Notes: a model not told the origin generated them from the letters alone. A stretch of DNA of 64,000 nucleotides from an uncultured Dehalococcoidales bacterium (GCA_964408935.1 CAYPBF010000001.1:21703-85702); one strand, 5' to 3'; shown: positions 1 through 10,596, counted from the stretch's first letter. Program-made: numbers and translations.

Positions 1-28
1 TGTGATTCCCATCAGTAAGGGCTCTTTA

Positions 29-57
29 TTGACATATCGACGCTTTTTGCATAACAT
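29..57 (+). promoter_or_regulatory. candidate sigma70-type promoter (TTGACA-17 nt-TAACAT)
   Basis: ttgaca at 29-34, 17-nt spacer, taacat at 52-57, upstream of the first ABC ATPase gene. Sequence reading only. Confidence 0.4.
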
Positions 58-195
58 GAGCTTAAAACCAAAGCAAATCTCGGAGCAGGTGAGTTATTCG
101 CTTGGCGAATTAGCTAGCTGGAACCGATATTTTTTATGCTCACGGTTCGACCTCTAGGCATAGAGGCCTACTCTGATGGTTATAGGAAGCAGCCC

Positions 196-1200
196 ATGGC
201 GGAATTATTAAGGGTTGAAGGTCTAAAGACCCGGTTTAACACCGAAGGTGGCGTGGTTAAGGCTGTTGATGGCATTTCCTACCACATCGACGAGCGGGAA
301 ATAATTGGCTTGGTGGGGGAAAGCGGCTGTGGCAAATCAGTCAGCCAGCTGTCGGTAATGCAGTTAATATCCACTCCGGGTGAGATTGTCGGCGGCGAGG
401 TTATCTTCGAGGGTCAGGACCTGCTTAAGTTTAAAGCTAACGGACCAGAGATGCGTTCCGTTCGTGGTGCCAAGATAGCCATGATATTTCAGGAGCCAAT
501 GACCTCGCTCAACCCGGTATTGACCATTAACCAGCAGTTAACGGAAATGCTAGAGCTACACCTGCGGATGAGCAGTGAAGCCGCCAGGAAGAGGGCAATC
601 GAGTTGCTCAGCATGGTGGGTATCCCCAGTGCGGAAAGCCGCGTTGATGATTATCCCCACCAATTCAGTGGCGGTATGCGGCAGAGGGTGATGATTGCCA
701 TGGCGCTTTCTTGCAATCCGAAGATACTCATCGCCGATGAGCCAACCACGGCTCTGGATGTGACCACCCAGGCACAGTTATTAGAACTTATGAAGGATAT
801 GGTTGAGCGATTTAAAGCCTCGCTGGTTATTGTGACCCATAATTTGGGCGTCGTCGCCCGGTATGCCCAGAGGATATATATTATGTATGCCGGGCGCATC
901 GTCGAGGCCGGCACTACCAAGGATATATTCAGCAAGCCACGCCACCCCTATACCATAGGACTGCTCAAATGCATACCCAGGTTAGATGAGGAGGAGGGAA
1001 GGAAGCTGGTGCCCATTAAGGGACTGCCGCCTAATCTGATTAACATGCCACCCACCTGCGCCTTTCTACCCAGGTGCTCTTACAAGGTCGAAAAGTGTTC
1101 TCAAGAGCCCTGGCCTCCGCTCAAAAATGTGCATGACCACCATTACATCAGTTGCTATGTCAATACTGAGGAGAGGACAAGTGAGCCCGCAGCAAAATGA
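196..1200 (+). CDS. oligopeptide/dipeptide-type ABC transporter ATP-binding protein (OppD/DppD-like)
   Basis: ORF track 136-1200. Walker A GESGCGKS, signature FSGGMRQR, Walker B ILIADEPTTALD, oligopeptide-type C-terminal tail (HPYT, Cys-rich). Start moved to ATG 196: AGGAAG lies 6 nt upstream and the N-terminus MAELLRVEGL is typical. Confidence 0.9.
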   Translation: MAELLRVEGLKTRFNTEGGVVKAVDGISYHIDEREIIGLVGESGCGKSVSQLSVMQLISTPGEIVGGEVIFEGQDLLKFKANGPEMRSVRGAKIAMIFQEPMTSLNPVLTINQQLTEMLELHLRMSSEAARKRAIELLSMVGIPSAESRVDDYPHQFSGGMRQRVMIAMALSCNPKILIADEPTTALDVTTQAQLLELMKDMVERFKASLVIVTHNLGVVARYAQRIYIMYAGRIVEAGTTKDIFSKPRHPYTIGLLKCIPRLDEEEGRKLVPIKGLPPNLINMPPTCAFLPRCSYKVEKCSQEPWPPLKNVHDHHYISCYVNTEERTSEPAAK

Positions 1201-2170
1201 AGCTATTTTAGACGTTAGAGACCTGAAGATGTACTTCCCGGTTACTAGGGGCATCCTGCGGAGAAAGGTAGCTGATGTAAAAGCCGTTGACGGTGTCACT
1301 TTTAAAATCAAGAGAGGTGAAACGCTAGGCTTGGTAGGAGAGAGCGGCTGTGGTAAAACCACCATTGGCCGCTGTGTTCTAAGGATATATCGACCCACCA
1401 GTGGCAATGTTTTGTTTGAAGGAGAGGATATTTCATTGTTGCCGGAGTCAAAGCTGAGGCATATCCGCAGCAATATGGCGCTCATCTTCCAGGACCCCTA
1501 TAGTTCACTGGACCCCCGCCAGAGCGCCGGCAGTATCGTCGGCGAGCCGCTAAAGATTCACCATTGGATTGGCAGCCGCTCTGAATATAACGATAGGGTG
1601 GAGCATGTGTTTCGCTTGGTTGGCCTAGACCCCAGCATGGCCAACCGCTTCCCCCATGAGTTCAGTGGTGGCCAAAGGCAACGCATTGGTGTGGCTAGGG
1701 CACTAGCTTGCGAGCCTTCTATGATTGTCTGCGACGAGCCCATTTCAGCTTTAGATGTTTCCATACAAGCACAGATAATTAACCTGCTAGAGGAATTGCA
1801 GGAGGGGATAAAGGGGCTGACCTACCTTTTCATCGCCCACGATCTTTCGGTTGTCAAGCACATAAGCGACCGGGTAGCGGTTATGTATCTGGGTCGCATA
1901 GTGGAAATTACCAAATCAAGAGAGCTATACGAGAACCCCTTGCATCCGTACACTAGAGCGTTGCTTTCGGCAGTGCCCATAGCTGACCCCTTTGTGGAAG
2001 AGAAACGTGAGCGCATCATCCTTAAGGGGGAAGTACCTACCCCGTTGAACCCACCGTCCGGCTGTAGTTTTCACCCCCGCTGCTTCATGGCCAAACCAGA
2101 GTGTAGCCAAGCGGTACCGCCACTGCGCGATGTCGGTGGTGGCCACGAAGTAGCCTGTATCAGGGTTTGA
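1181..2170 (+). CDS. oligopeptide/dipeptide-type ABC transporter ATP-binding protein (OppF/DppF-like)
   Basis: ORF track 1127-2170. Walker A GESGCGKT, signature FSGGQRQR, Walker B MIVCDEPISALD, HPYT and CSFHPRC tail. GTG 1181 preferred because GAGGAGAGG lies just upstream; it overlaps the upstream gene by 20 nt. ATG 1127 not excluded. Confidence 0.88.
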   Translation: MSPQQNEAILDVRDLKMYFPVTRGILRRKVADVKAVDGVTFKIKRGETLGLVGESGCGKTTIGRCVLRIYRPTSGNVLFEGEDISLLPESKLRHIRSNMALIFQDPYSSLDPRQSAGSIVGEPLKIHHWIGSRSEYNDRVEHVFRLVGLDPSMANRFPHEFSGGQRQRIGVARALACEPSMIVCDEPISALDVSIQAQIINLLEELQEGIKGLTYLFIAHDLSVVKHISDRVAVMYLGRIVEITKSRELYENPLHPYTRALLSAVPIADPFVEEKRERIILKGEVPTPLNPPSGCSFHPRCFMAKPECSQAVPPLRDVGGGHEVACIRV

Positions 2171-2221
2171 GTGCATGTTTGTTTATTAATACTTATCAGA
2201 AGTAGGACACACTGATGAGGG

Positions 2222-3970
2222 GTGATTGTGCCAAGAAAGACATATGACATCTCCTACCCAGAAACATTGCCCCCAGGGGTCATTCTTGAGAAAAACATTC
2301 TGGCCCCGATGCGTGACGGCGTGAAGCTTGCTATAGATGTGTATAAGCCAGCTGAAGGTGATGGCCCCTGGCCCGCCATTCTGGCATACTCAGCATATAA
2401 AAAGGAATATATGTTTGAAAGCCCTCTTCCCAGCTTCTATGTCAGAAATGGATATGTAGTTGTTTATTGTCAGGTAAGGGGTACTGGCCAATCTCAGGGT
2501 AAGTATACCTTTCACGGCAAGGTTGAAGCCCGAGACGGCTATGACGTTGTGGAGTGGATTGCCCGACAGCCGTGGTGTGACGGCAATGTGGCCATGGTGG
2601 GGGCATCCTACTATGCCATTGACATGTGGCTGACGGCTGTCCAGAACCCTCCTCACCTCAAATGCATCGTACCCTTTCCTGGTACAACCGATAACTATCG
2701 GGGGCTTGTCTACCCGGGAGGTGTGTTTCGCTCCACTTTCATCGGTAGCTTACTCTCAAATCTCCTTAAGGTGTGCCTATGGCCGGGTCCTGTTCCTGGC
2801 AAGGAACTCCCGGAGAACCCGGTTCTGGAGATGCTGGCGAACCCGGAGGATGGCCCATTCTACTGGGAACGAAGCGTCTGGCATCGGATGGACCAGATTA
2901 AGATTCCTGTACTGAATATTGTTCCAGCGAGCCAGCATCTCCATACTACCTGCCACCTGAAGTCCTACCCGGACATCAAGACACCTAAAAAATTGATAAT
3001 CACACCTTGGACCCATATGGTGTATATGAGATTCAGCATTGAATGTTTGCCTTTGAACCAGCACATACTCAGATGGCTGGACTACTGGTTAAAGGACATT
3101 GATACAGGCATCATGGATGAGCCTGAGGTGGCCATATATGATAACGCCTCTGGCCAGTGGCGCTACGAAAACGAATACCCACTGGCGCGTACAGAGTGGA
3201 AGAAGTTTTACCTGCACGAGAAAACAGTCGTTACTGAGCCGTGGGGAGCCATCAATGACGTACCACCAACCGAGAACGAAAAACCGGACACCTATCGGTA
3301 TCCAAACTCGGCGTTTGGTCCACCGCAGTTCTTGGCCTATACCTCGCCGCCCCTTGAAGAGGACCTGGTGGTACGGGGGCCGGTCAGCGTTACTTTTTAT
3401 GCCTCCACGACGGGTAAAAATACCGTTGACTGGGCATTCTTCGTCAAGGTGGGGGATATATCACCCGGCGGCAAACCTCTTGACCCCATGAACAAACCCC
3501 GTGACCCTATCACCAAACCCTGGTGGACAGATACTTGGACGCCACCCGATGTCTGGCTGTGGAGCTTTGGCAACCTCAAAGCGAAGTACAGGGAGGTAGA
3601 TGAGAGCCGCTCCAAACCTGGACAGCCGTGGCACTCCTTTCAGAACCCGGCCGATTTAAAACCAAACACCATATACGAGTTTCAGGTCGAGCTAATACCA
3701 ATCTTCAATACCTTTAGGAAAGGTCACCGAATCTGGCTGCAGATGACGTGTCAGGACATGGAATTTGACAACCAGGATGTATTCTCACCGAGTGGTATGG
3801 CGATGAGCCCCTGGCTGTATCGTAACGCATATAAAGACGAGATTACCGTCTATCATTCCCCTGATTATCCATCGCACCTGCTTTTGCCGCTCATTCCTGA
3901 TGTTCCTGAAATCGCACCGGTCAAAGCGCCGCTTCGCGATATTGTACCGGGTGCGCCATCAATAGAGTGA
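2222..3970 (+). CDS. CocE/NonD family (peptidase S15-like) alpha/beta hydrolase
   Basis: 582-aa ORF. N-terminal alpha/beta-hydrolase part with nucleophile elbow VAMVGASYYA, and a large C-terminal beta-rich domain. Start is GTG 2222 or GTG 2228. Visibly AT-richer than its neighbours by eye. Confidence 0.75.
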   Translation: MIVPRKTYDISYPETLPPGVILEKNILAPMRDGVKLAIDVYKPAEGDGPWPAILAYSAYKKEYMFESPLPSFYVRNGYVVVYCQVRGTGQSQGKYTFHGKVEARDGYDVVEWIARQPWCDGNVAMVGASYYAIDMWLTAVQNPPHLKCIVPFPGTTDNYRGLVYPGGVFRSTFIGSLLSNLLKVCLWPGPVPGKELPENPVLEMLANPEDGPFYWERSVWHRMDQIKIPVLNIVPASQHLHTTCHLKSYPDIKTPKKLIITPWTHMVYMRFSIECLPLNQHILRWLDYWLKDIDTGIMDEPEVAIYDNASGQWRYENEYPLARTEWKKFYLHEKTVVTEPWGAINDVPPTENEKPDTYRYPNSAFGPPQFLAYTSPPLEEDLVVRGPVSVTFYASTTGKNTVDWAFFVKVGDISPGGKPLDPMNKPRDPITKPWWTDTWTPPDVWLWSFGNLKAKYREVDESRSKPGQPWHSFQNPADLKPNTIYEFQVELIPIFNTFRKGHRIWLQMTCQDMEFDNQDVFSPSGMAMSPWLYRNAYKDEITVYHSPDYPSHLLLPLIPDVPEIAPVKAPLRDIVPGAPSIE

Positions 3971-3988
3971 GGAGGGATAAGCGCCTTG

Positions 3989-5545
3989 TTAACTAGTTCG
4001 GATTTTCTCAGTGAACGTATCAGGGAGAAAGCCCCAGGCGCGGCGTTCCTCCTCGTATGGTGCCTCTTCTGCGTGACACTCCTCTCCTAACATCATCGTT
4101 TCCCTGCGCTCACCATACGGTGGCCAGGTACCTATGTTTTCACAGCTTGGGTCACCAGTGCGGGCGAATGCCAGCCAGGCATCCTGAATATTCCTGGCAA
4201 GGGTATCAGCCGCAGGCCCTGAGTCGCAGAAACTATCGTCATACGTTCCAAACAGAAAGCCAAGGTCTAGTGCGTGGCAGGCGCCAAGGATACCACCTAG
4301 TATCGGTGACTTCCAGGTAAAGAGATAGTTGTAGGCAGACTGATTATGATGGTATTGTGCCTCGACAAGACGAACAGCTGGCACCCGAAACATAAAGTCA
4401 GTCTGAATTGCCGTGTAAATATCGGCAGGACTGGTGGTGGCACCTCGTTTGGCTCGCGCACTACGGTATGCCTCTATCAGGCCCGGTACGTGCTCCGCTG
4501 GTATGAAATTTTGACAACGCCTGATCAGCCCGGCCTCATCCAGCTTGGGCAAATCTAGATCTATCGCACCGATAAGTTTCCACTCTTCAAGGCAAGTGCC
4601 GACCAGCATCGGGATACTGCTGGCTGCACCGCGCTTGATAGCCTCGATGGGCAATTCTGGAATTGTTTTCCCGTCTATCACGGGTACCGTTACCGTCAAC
4701 CTCGGCACCCCTTCTCCTGACATCTTGGCCCTCAATTCTAGCTCAGCAGGGAGTAGTTGCTCCACCGTAAGCGCCCGTAGAGCCGCAACGTCACTAGCAC
4801 CTAAATCAAAAATTTTAAGAAATTGCCTCGCAACCATTACTGCTGTGTCCAATGACGTAACCGTACTGCCGACACCGCTCTGGAGAATGGCTTTGTGGAA
4901 GAGGCCACAGGCTGATGGCATAGCCAGCAAGCAGCCAATGCTCATGCCACCCGCCGATTGACCAAAGACGGTTACATTGTCTGGGTCACCTCCGAAGGCG
5001 GAAATGTTGTCGTGCACCCATTCGAGAGCGGCAATCTGGTCCAGCAGTCCTTCATTGCCCGTAGCCGGAATCCCGCCTCCGGTGACCTCATTCAGGTTCA
5101 GAAAACCGAGTAAACCTAGTCGGTAATTGATGGAAACGACCACCACATCGCCACGTCGCGCCAAGGTGCTTCCTGAGTATATCGGCTGAGAACCCGAACC
5201 TATGGTAAAAGCACCACCATGAACCCATACCATCACTGGTCGGCGGGAATCATCCAGCCCAGGGCTCCATATGTTCAGGAATAGGCAGTCTTCATCCTGA
5301 GGTTCATCTACGTTGAAAGCTTCTATAATCCTGCCTGGCATCGGATTCTGCGGGGCAGCAGCGGCAAATGCCTTCGCCTGGCGGATATCTTTCCAGGGCT
5401 TAACTGGTTCGGGGGGCAACCACCGCCGTTCCCCCACAGGGGGAACGGCATAAGGTATGCCCTTGAATATATATAAACCCTCTTGGTAGTTACCCTCAAT
5501 CTTCCCCGATTTCGTCTCAATGACCACTTTCTCGTTCTTGCTCAT
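3989..5545 (-). CDS. type-B carboxylesterase (para-nitrobenzyl esterase-like)
   Basis: 518-aa ORF with EDCLFLNIW, oxyanion HGGAF, nucleophile elbow GQSAGG and a C-terminal GACHALDL His region. Confidence 0.9.
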   Translation of the reverse strand: MSKNEKVVIETKSGKIEGNYQEGLYIFKGIPYAVPPVGERRWLPPEPVKPWKDIRQAKAFAAAAPQNPMPGRIIEAFNVDEPQDEDCLFLNIWSPGLDDSRRPVMVWVHGGAFTIGSGSQPIYSGSTLARRGDVVVVSINYRLGLLGFLNLNEVTGGGIPATGNEGLLDQIAALEWVHDNISAFGGDPDNVTVFGQSAGGMSIGCLLAMPSACGLFHKAILQSGVGSTVTSLDTAVMVARQFLKIFDLGASDVAALRALTVEQLLPAELELRAKMSGEGVPRLTVTVPVIDGKTIPELPIEAIKRGAASSIPMLVGTCLEEWKLIGAIDLDLPKLDEAGLIRRCQNFIPAEHVPGLIEAYRSARAKRGATTSPADIYTAIQTDFMFRVPAVRLVEAQYHHNQSAYNYLFTWKSPILGGILGACHALDLGFLFGTYDDSFCDSGPAADTLARNIQDAWLAFARTGDPSCENIGTWPPYGERRETMMLGEECHAEEAPYEEERRAWGFLPDTFTEKIRTS

Positions 5546-5597
5546 ATCTTACTTCTTTGGTGTCGTCAGCATTTATACCACAAACTGATAATGGACA

Positions 5598-6617
5598 CTA
5601 GGTCGGCAGCCGCAGTAATTTCCTGGCGTTGTCCTCGAAAATCAGTTTCCTCTCATCATCACTAATGTCCATTTCATTAATGGCGTTGATAGTCTGTCGG
5701 GTAAGCCGAGCCCCGAGCTGGTTGTCAAATGGTAGGTCAGTACCGAAAAGCAACCTGTCAGCACCGAAGCACGCGTAGGCACACATTAGCCCAGGGGTGT
5801 TGCCGTACAAAGCTGTATCATTGTAAAACATCCGCAGGTATTCTATCGGAGCTTTCGTTAGCCCGCGCCGATAGGTGGCCGAACCGCGCGCTTCATCAGA
5901 ATCTAAGAATTGGATAATCCTGTCAGCAAAGTAGGGTATCATCGCACCACAGTGGTGAGTGATGAATTTTACATTGGGGTACTTTTCAAGGACGCCGCTC
6001 ATGGCAAGACGTATCATGGCTACTGAGGTCTCATAAGGCCAACCCAGCATACCAGCTATCCTGTAAAGTGACCTGTCTTCGGTCTTGTAGTCCGGATAGT
6101 CATGCTCTCGGACCGGGTGAATCCATATTGGCAAGTTGTACTTCTCCATTTTCTCGTAAAGTGGCCAGTACTCTGGCGCATCAATGGGACGGTCATTGAT
6201 TGGCGTTGTTATCTGCACGCCTCTCATCCTCAGCTCGTTTATTGCCCTGTCGGCCTCCTGCAAAGCCGCTTCTATATTATCCAGAGGCAGGCAGGCGACA
6301 GCCGCCGGAAACCTGTCTGGATACTTGGAGACAAGCTCAGCCATAGTGTCATTGGCAATGCGGGCGGCTTCAACGCTCTTGCCAGCGGAGATTATCCTAT
6401 CGCTAAAAAGGGTGCACAGCGTCAGGACATGCATGAGTCCCTCATGACGGTCCATAACACGGAACCTGAGGTCAAGGTCATAGAGGGTAGCTGGAGTACC
6501 CCCGGCTCCCGCCGCTGGTGTCTGCATCAGCCCCATCTTCGACAGTTCTTCTACATATTTCGGGGGGAAGATGTGATTGTATATGTCAATTTTCAGATGG
6601 CTTTTGGACATCTTCAT
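5598..6617 (-). CDS. amidohydrolase-2 family protein (ACMSD/LigW-like metal-dependent hydrolase or decarboxylase)
   Basis: 339-aa ORF. N-terminal IDIYNHIFP (YNH replaces the usual HxH), internal ITHHCG, C-terminal LLFGTDLPF. Confidence 0.7.
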   Translation of the reverse strand: MKMSKSHLKIDIYNHIFPPKYVEELSKMGLMQTPAAGAGGTPATLYDLDLRFRVMDRHEGLMHVLTLCTLFSDRIISAGKSVEAARIANDTMAELVSKYPDRFPAAVACLPLDNIEAALQEADRAINELRMRGVQITTPINDRPIDAPEYWPLYEKMEKYNLPIWIHPVREHDYPDYKTEDRSLYRIAGMLGWPYETSVAMIRLAMSGVLEKYPNVKFITHHCGAMIPYFADRIIQFLDSDEARGSATYRRGLTKAPIEYLRMFYNDTALYGNTPGLMCAYACFGADRLLFGTDLPFDNQLGARLTRQTINAINEMDISDDERKLIFEDNARKLLRLPT

Positions 6618-6720
6618 TCCTTTCGACCAGATAATGGGATTTGCTTAGGGGCAACGCCGCTGGCTATAGAGTTCTGAGTTTAGCCCTTTAACCTACGGCT
6701 CCCCACTAATCCTTTCTCAG

Positions 6721-7617
6721 CTATAGTGTACCTCGCAAACGCGGGTCAAGAGCGTCTCTCAACCCGTCACCTACCATGTTGAAGGCAAATACTATTAGCA
6801 TTATCGCTACACCAGGCGCAAAGGACAAAACCGGCATAGTGAGTAGAAACTTGTACCCGTCACTGACCATAGCCCCCCAGGCAGCCGTCGGCGCCGGAAC
6901 ACCGACGCCAATGAAACTCAGTCCGGCTTCGATCAATATGGCAAAGCCTATTTGCATAGTAACTAACACTATGAGGGGCGGAAAGCAATTGGGAGCAACA
7001 TGCCGCAGCATGATAAACAGGTTACTGGCACCACTGGCACGAGCCGCCATGACATAGTCGTTTTCCTTGACGGCGAGAACTTGCCCGCACATTAGCCTAG
7101 CGTATACCGCAGTGAGGGAGATGCCTATTGCGATCATAACATTGGCCAATCCACTGCCGAGTACAGCGGCTATCGTCAGCGCCAGCAGCATCATTGGGAA
7201 GGCCATGAGGGCATCAACGAATCTCATGATTAGCATGTTGACCACACCGCCGTAATACCCAGCAATCAGGCCCAAAGTCATTCCGACGGAAGCACCGATG
7301 AAAATGGAGGCGAAGCCCACTAGCAACGACGTTCGGGACCCGTAGATGATACGGCTCAGAGTATCACGGCCCAATACGTCCGTACCCAGAAGATGAGTCT
7401 TGCTAACCGGCTGCAAGGTTTCATCGAGATTGGGCTGATCCGGGTCATAAGGGGCCAGCAACGGTGCGAAGATGGCTACCAATATCATCAATGCAATGAT
7501 AACGACACCGAAGACAACCACCTTTCGCGTAAACATCACCCGGATGACACGACGAAACTCGCTGACGTGAGGCGGAGCCTCCAGGAATGCCGGGGAAGTT
7601 GTAGTCTGCTTTGGCAT
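6721..7617 (-). CDS. peptide-type ABC transporter permease (DppC/OppC-like)
   Basis: 298-aa hydrophobic ORF with a typical N-terminal extension plus TM1 and an EAA-like loop ARASGASNLFIMLRHVAPN. Confidence 0.9.
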   Translation of the reverse strand: MPKQTTTSPAFLEAPPHVSEFRRVIRVMFTRKVVVFGVVIIALMILVAIFAPLLAPYDPDQPNLDETLQPVSKTHLLGTDVLGRDTLSRIIYGSRTSLLVGFASIFIGASVGMTLGLIAGYYGGVVNMLIMRFVDALMAFPMMLLALTIAAVLGSGLANVMIAIGISLTAVYARLMCGQVLAVKENDYVMAARASGASNLFIMLRHVAPNCFPPLIVLVTMQIGFAILIEAGLSFIGVGVPAPTAAWGAMVSDGYKFLLTMPVLSFAPGVAIMLIVFAFNMVGDGLRDALDPRLRGTL

Positions 7618-7632
7618 TAACCGGTTACCTTT

Positions 7633-8589
7633 CTAACCATATCTTACCCTGGGGTCAAGCCAGCCGTAGGAAATATCAACCAGGAGGTTAACCAGCACTA
7701 CTAAAACCGCCGTTATAAGGATGATAGCTTGAATAACAGCGTAATCCTGGCTAAGAACGGCGTCCACTCCCAGCCGGCCCATGCCCGGAATATTGAATAC
7801 CGTTTCAACTAGGACCTGGCCACTCAATATATAGCCGAGGCCTACGCCTGATAGCGTAACCACAGGTATCAGGCCGTTCTTTATAATATGCCTTATAACG
7901 ATAGTCCTTTCTCTCAGGCCTTTGGACCAGGCCGTCCGGATATAATCCTGGCGGATGACCTCAAGCATGCTTGATCGCGTCTGGCGGGCTGTGGACGCTA
8001 AGGGGAAAATGGACAGGCAGATGACTGGCAATATCGCCTGCCTGAGGCTTTGACCGAAATCAACCCAAGGATACGTGTAACCATGCAGAGGTAACCATCC
8101 AAGCTGGTAGCCGAAAAAGTATATCAGCAATATACCCAGCCAGAAAACGGGGATAGTTATCCCCAGATTAGCCAGCAACGTCATCACGGTATCTATCCAC
8201 CTGCCGCGACGTAACGCTGACAGTGCACCGGCGATGAAACCTAGAATGTGACTGAAGATCCAAGCCAATAAGCCAAGGTGGAATGTTATCGGTGCCCGCC
8301 AGGCAAGGAGCTTGCTAACGTCCTCGTGGTAGTAAAGTGACGTACCCAAGTCGCCATGAAACAGGTCGCCAATCCAGTCTACGTACTGCACTGGTAATGG
8401 CTTGTCCAAACCGAATTCCGCTCGTGTTTCCTCAAGCTCTTCCGGAGTGAGATTCTCCATCTGTTGCGAGCTGAGATACAACAGGATGGGATCCCCGGGC
8501 AGAAGACGAATGACTATAAACACCACAAATGTAACGAGGATAATCACAAGAAGCGATTGCATTAAACGACGAACGATATACGCTGTCAT
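7633..8589 (-). CDS. peptide-type ABC transporter permease (DppB/OppB-like)
   Basis: ORF track 7633-8667 (TTG). The family-typical N-terminus MTAYIVRRLMQSLL begins at ATG 8589. EAA-like loop TAWSKGLRERTIVIRHIIKNG. No clear SD, so the start is uncertain. Confidence 0.85.
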   Translation of the reverse strand: MTAYIVRRLMQSLLVIILVTFVVFIVIRLLPGDPILLYLSSQQMENLTPEELEETRAEFGLDKPLPVQYVDWIGDLFHGDLGTSLYYHEDVSKLLAWRAPITFHLGLLAWIFSHILGFIAGALSALRRGRWIDTVMTLLANLGITIPVFWLGILLIYFFGYQLGWLPLHGYTYPWVDFGQSLRQAILPVICLSIFPLASTARQTRSSMLEVIRQDYIRTAWSKGLRERTIVIRHIIKNGLIPVVTLSGVGLGYILSGQVLVETVFNIPGMGRLGVDAVLSQDYAVIQAIILITAVLVVLVNLLVDISYGWLDPRVRYG

Positions 8590-8710
8590 CTTGGTGCCAC
8601 TGGGGACGATAAATCTGAATTGCTTGCTAGCTTCGCCAAGGTTATCACACGCTCCTACAGATGTCAACAGAATAATACCGCAAAAGTACTTTCACAAGCA
8701 ATAGTTGCGC

Positions 8711-8739
8711 TTGACACATTCTTCACTCGATGCTAATAT
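8711..8739 (+). promoter_or_regulatory. candidate promoter (TTGACA-17 nt-TAATAT) with a long leader to the SBP gene
   Basis: ttgaca 8711-8716, taatat 8734-8739, inside a roughly 400-bp AT-rich divergent intergenic region. Confidence 0.4.
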
Positions 8740-9072
8740 TCTTCTAGCTTATTTAACAATGAATAAGTACTGATTGAGAAAGCTGAATGCAGCTTCTATA
8801 CCTGGTAAAAATCAGCGGAATGGCTCCTAATAACATAACTTAGAGTCTTTAACCTTAATCTCATTGGCTTGGCTGGATAACAAATTCAGAGAGGAAGGCG
8901 AAGGACAATGAGTAGTTAAATAATCGGCCCAACAAACTTTACTACTAAATAGGTTCTAAGACAGGGAGAAACAAGATGAGAGAAAGGAGGTTGCAACAGA
9001 TAAATACTAATCTAATTATTCAATTAACTCTTTCGAATTGTCTATTTCCCCCAATAAGTAAGGAGGCGCAAA

Positions 9073-10596
9073 TTGTTTAATAGAAAGATTTTCTACGTAT
9101 TATTGGTTGTTATCATGTTGATTCCCAGTGTCATTATATCCGGCTGTGGCGAAAAGGTGCAGACAGGCGGCAACCTGACGATTATCAGCCCTAATGCACC
9201 TACTAACTTCGGTTACCCGGTTGGGTTCAGCGGCTTCTCTCCATATTTCGCCTGCCAGGCTGCCCTAGAAAGCTTGTGGGACGCTGACATCAATGGTGAT
9301 CTGCGCCCGGAGCTGGCTACTTCCTGGGAGATAGCTGAAGACAAATTATCAATTACTTTCAAACTGAGAGAGGGCGTCCTATTCCACGATGGCACCCCCT
9401 TCAACGCCGAGGCAGCTAAGTGGAATCTGGATTTATACCTCGAGCGGGGTACCGGAAACCAGGCGTCTTGGGAGTCCGTCGAGGTTCTCGGCGAGTATGA
9501 GATACGTATCAACCTGACGGAGTGGGAGAATACCCAAATGTCCGGGGCCCTCTACTTTATATCCCCGACAGCGGTGGAGACGAACGGAACTGAGTGGGCT
9601 GCGACTCATCCCGTCGGCACCGGCCCCTTCAAGTTTAAGAGTTTTATCCTGGATACTTCACTGGAATACGAAAGGTTTGATGATTACTGGGGAGATAATG
9701 CCAGAGTCGACGGCATCGAGTTCATCTACATTGTTGACCCAACCACAGCTGGTATGTCCTATCAGGCTGGTGAGGCCCTGGTATGGGAGAGTGCCGACCC
9801 CGCCACAGCCTATGACTTGGAGCAGACGGGCTACCAGGTAAGCACCCGCCGCGGCCCGATTATGAACCTTGTCCCAGATAGCGGCAACCCAGATTCGCCC
9901 TGGGCCGACAAACTAGTCCGTGAGGCCGCAGAGTACGCTATAAACCGCCAGGCCATCGTCGATGCTCTAGGCTACACCTACTGGGAAGCGGTTAATCAGC
10001 CCAACGCGCCGGAGCAGTTCGGTCATGTTGATGACCTGGACGGCCGGCCGTACGATCTTGAAAAGGCCCAAGAACTTATGGCAGCAAGCAGTTGGCCGAA
10101 TGGATTCGACACCAAGATTATAACAATGACGTTGTTTGATCAGGACCCTCTGGTGGCTATCCAGGCTGACCTGGCCGCCATTGGTATTACCGCTGACCTA
10201 GAGGTTCTCAGCCCCCCCTTGTGGTCAGAAACCAGAACCGGTGGCTGGGAGAATGGCCTCTTCTACGTTACGCACGGAGCTACCGATTATAACTACTGCG
10301 CTTACCTCGACAGGTATTTCAACCCAACGGGCCTGTTCGCCATGCCGGTTGTGGCGTACCCTGAAGGTTGGCTCGAAGCAATTAATGAGATGCTAGCCGC
10401 CGCCGAGCGTGACGAAATGGCAGACCTGGCACAAGCGCTTGTCCGGCAATTCGTAGACGAGGTCATGGCGATACCACTCTGGATAGAGTCGGAAGTCTAT
10501 GTCCTTGACAGCTCCGTACACGATATGGGCGTTGGAACACACGGTGACGGTTTCACCTGGGATGCCGACAAAGTTTGGATAGAGCAAGAGCAGTAA
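9073..10596 (+). CDS. ABC transporter substrate-binding lipoprotein, family 5 (peptide/nickel/opine type)
   Basis: TTG start preceded by AAGGAGG (9060-9066). Signal peptide ends in lipobox-like IISGC. Family-5 pattern LATSWEIAEDKLSITFKLREGVLFHDGTPFNAEA. Confidence 0.9.
   Translation: MFNRKIFYVLLVVIMLIPSVIISGCGEKVQTGGNLTIISPNAPTNFGYPVGFSGFSPYFACQAALESLWDADINGDLRPELATSWEIAEDKLSITFKLREGVLFHDGTPFNAEAAKWNLDLYLERGTGNQASWESVEVLGEYEIRINLTEWENTQMSGALYFISPTAVETNGTEWAATHPVGTGPFKFKSFILDTSLEYERFDDYWGDNARVDGIEFIYIVDPTTAGMSYQAGEALVWESADPATAYDLEQTGYQVSTRRGPIMNLVPDSGNPDSPWADKLVREAAEYAINRQAIVDALGYTYWEAVNQPNAPEQFGHVDDLDGRPYDLEKAQELMAASSWPNGFDTKIITMTLFDQDPLVAIQADLAAIGITADLEVLSPPLWSETRTGGWENGLFYVTHGATDYNYCAYLDRYFNPTGLFAMPVVAYPEGWLEAINEMLAAAERDEMADLAQALVRQFVDEVMAIPLWIESEVYVLDSSVHDMGVGTHGDGFTWDADKVWIEQEQ

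Noticed and set aside
8976-9080. 35-aa upstream ORF (MRERRLQQINTNLIIQ...) ending inside the SBP start region
   Set aside because: AT-rich leader sequence. No conservation is assessable, the composition is not protein-like, and it is more likely non-coding leader.
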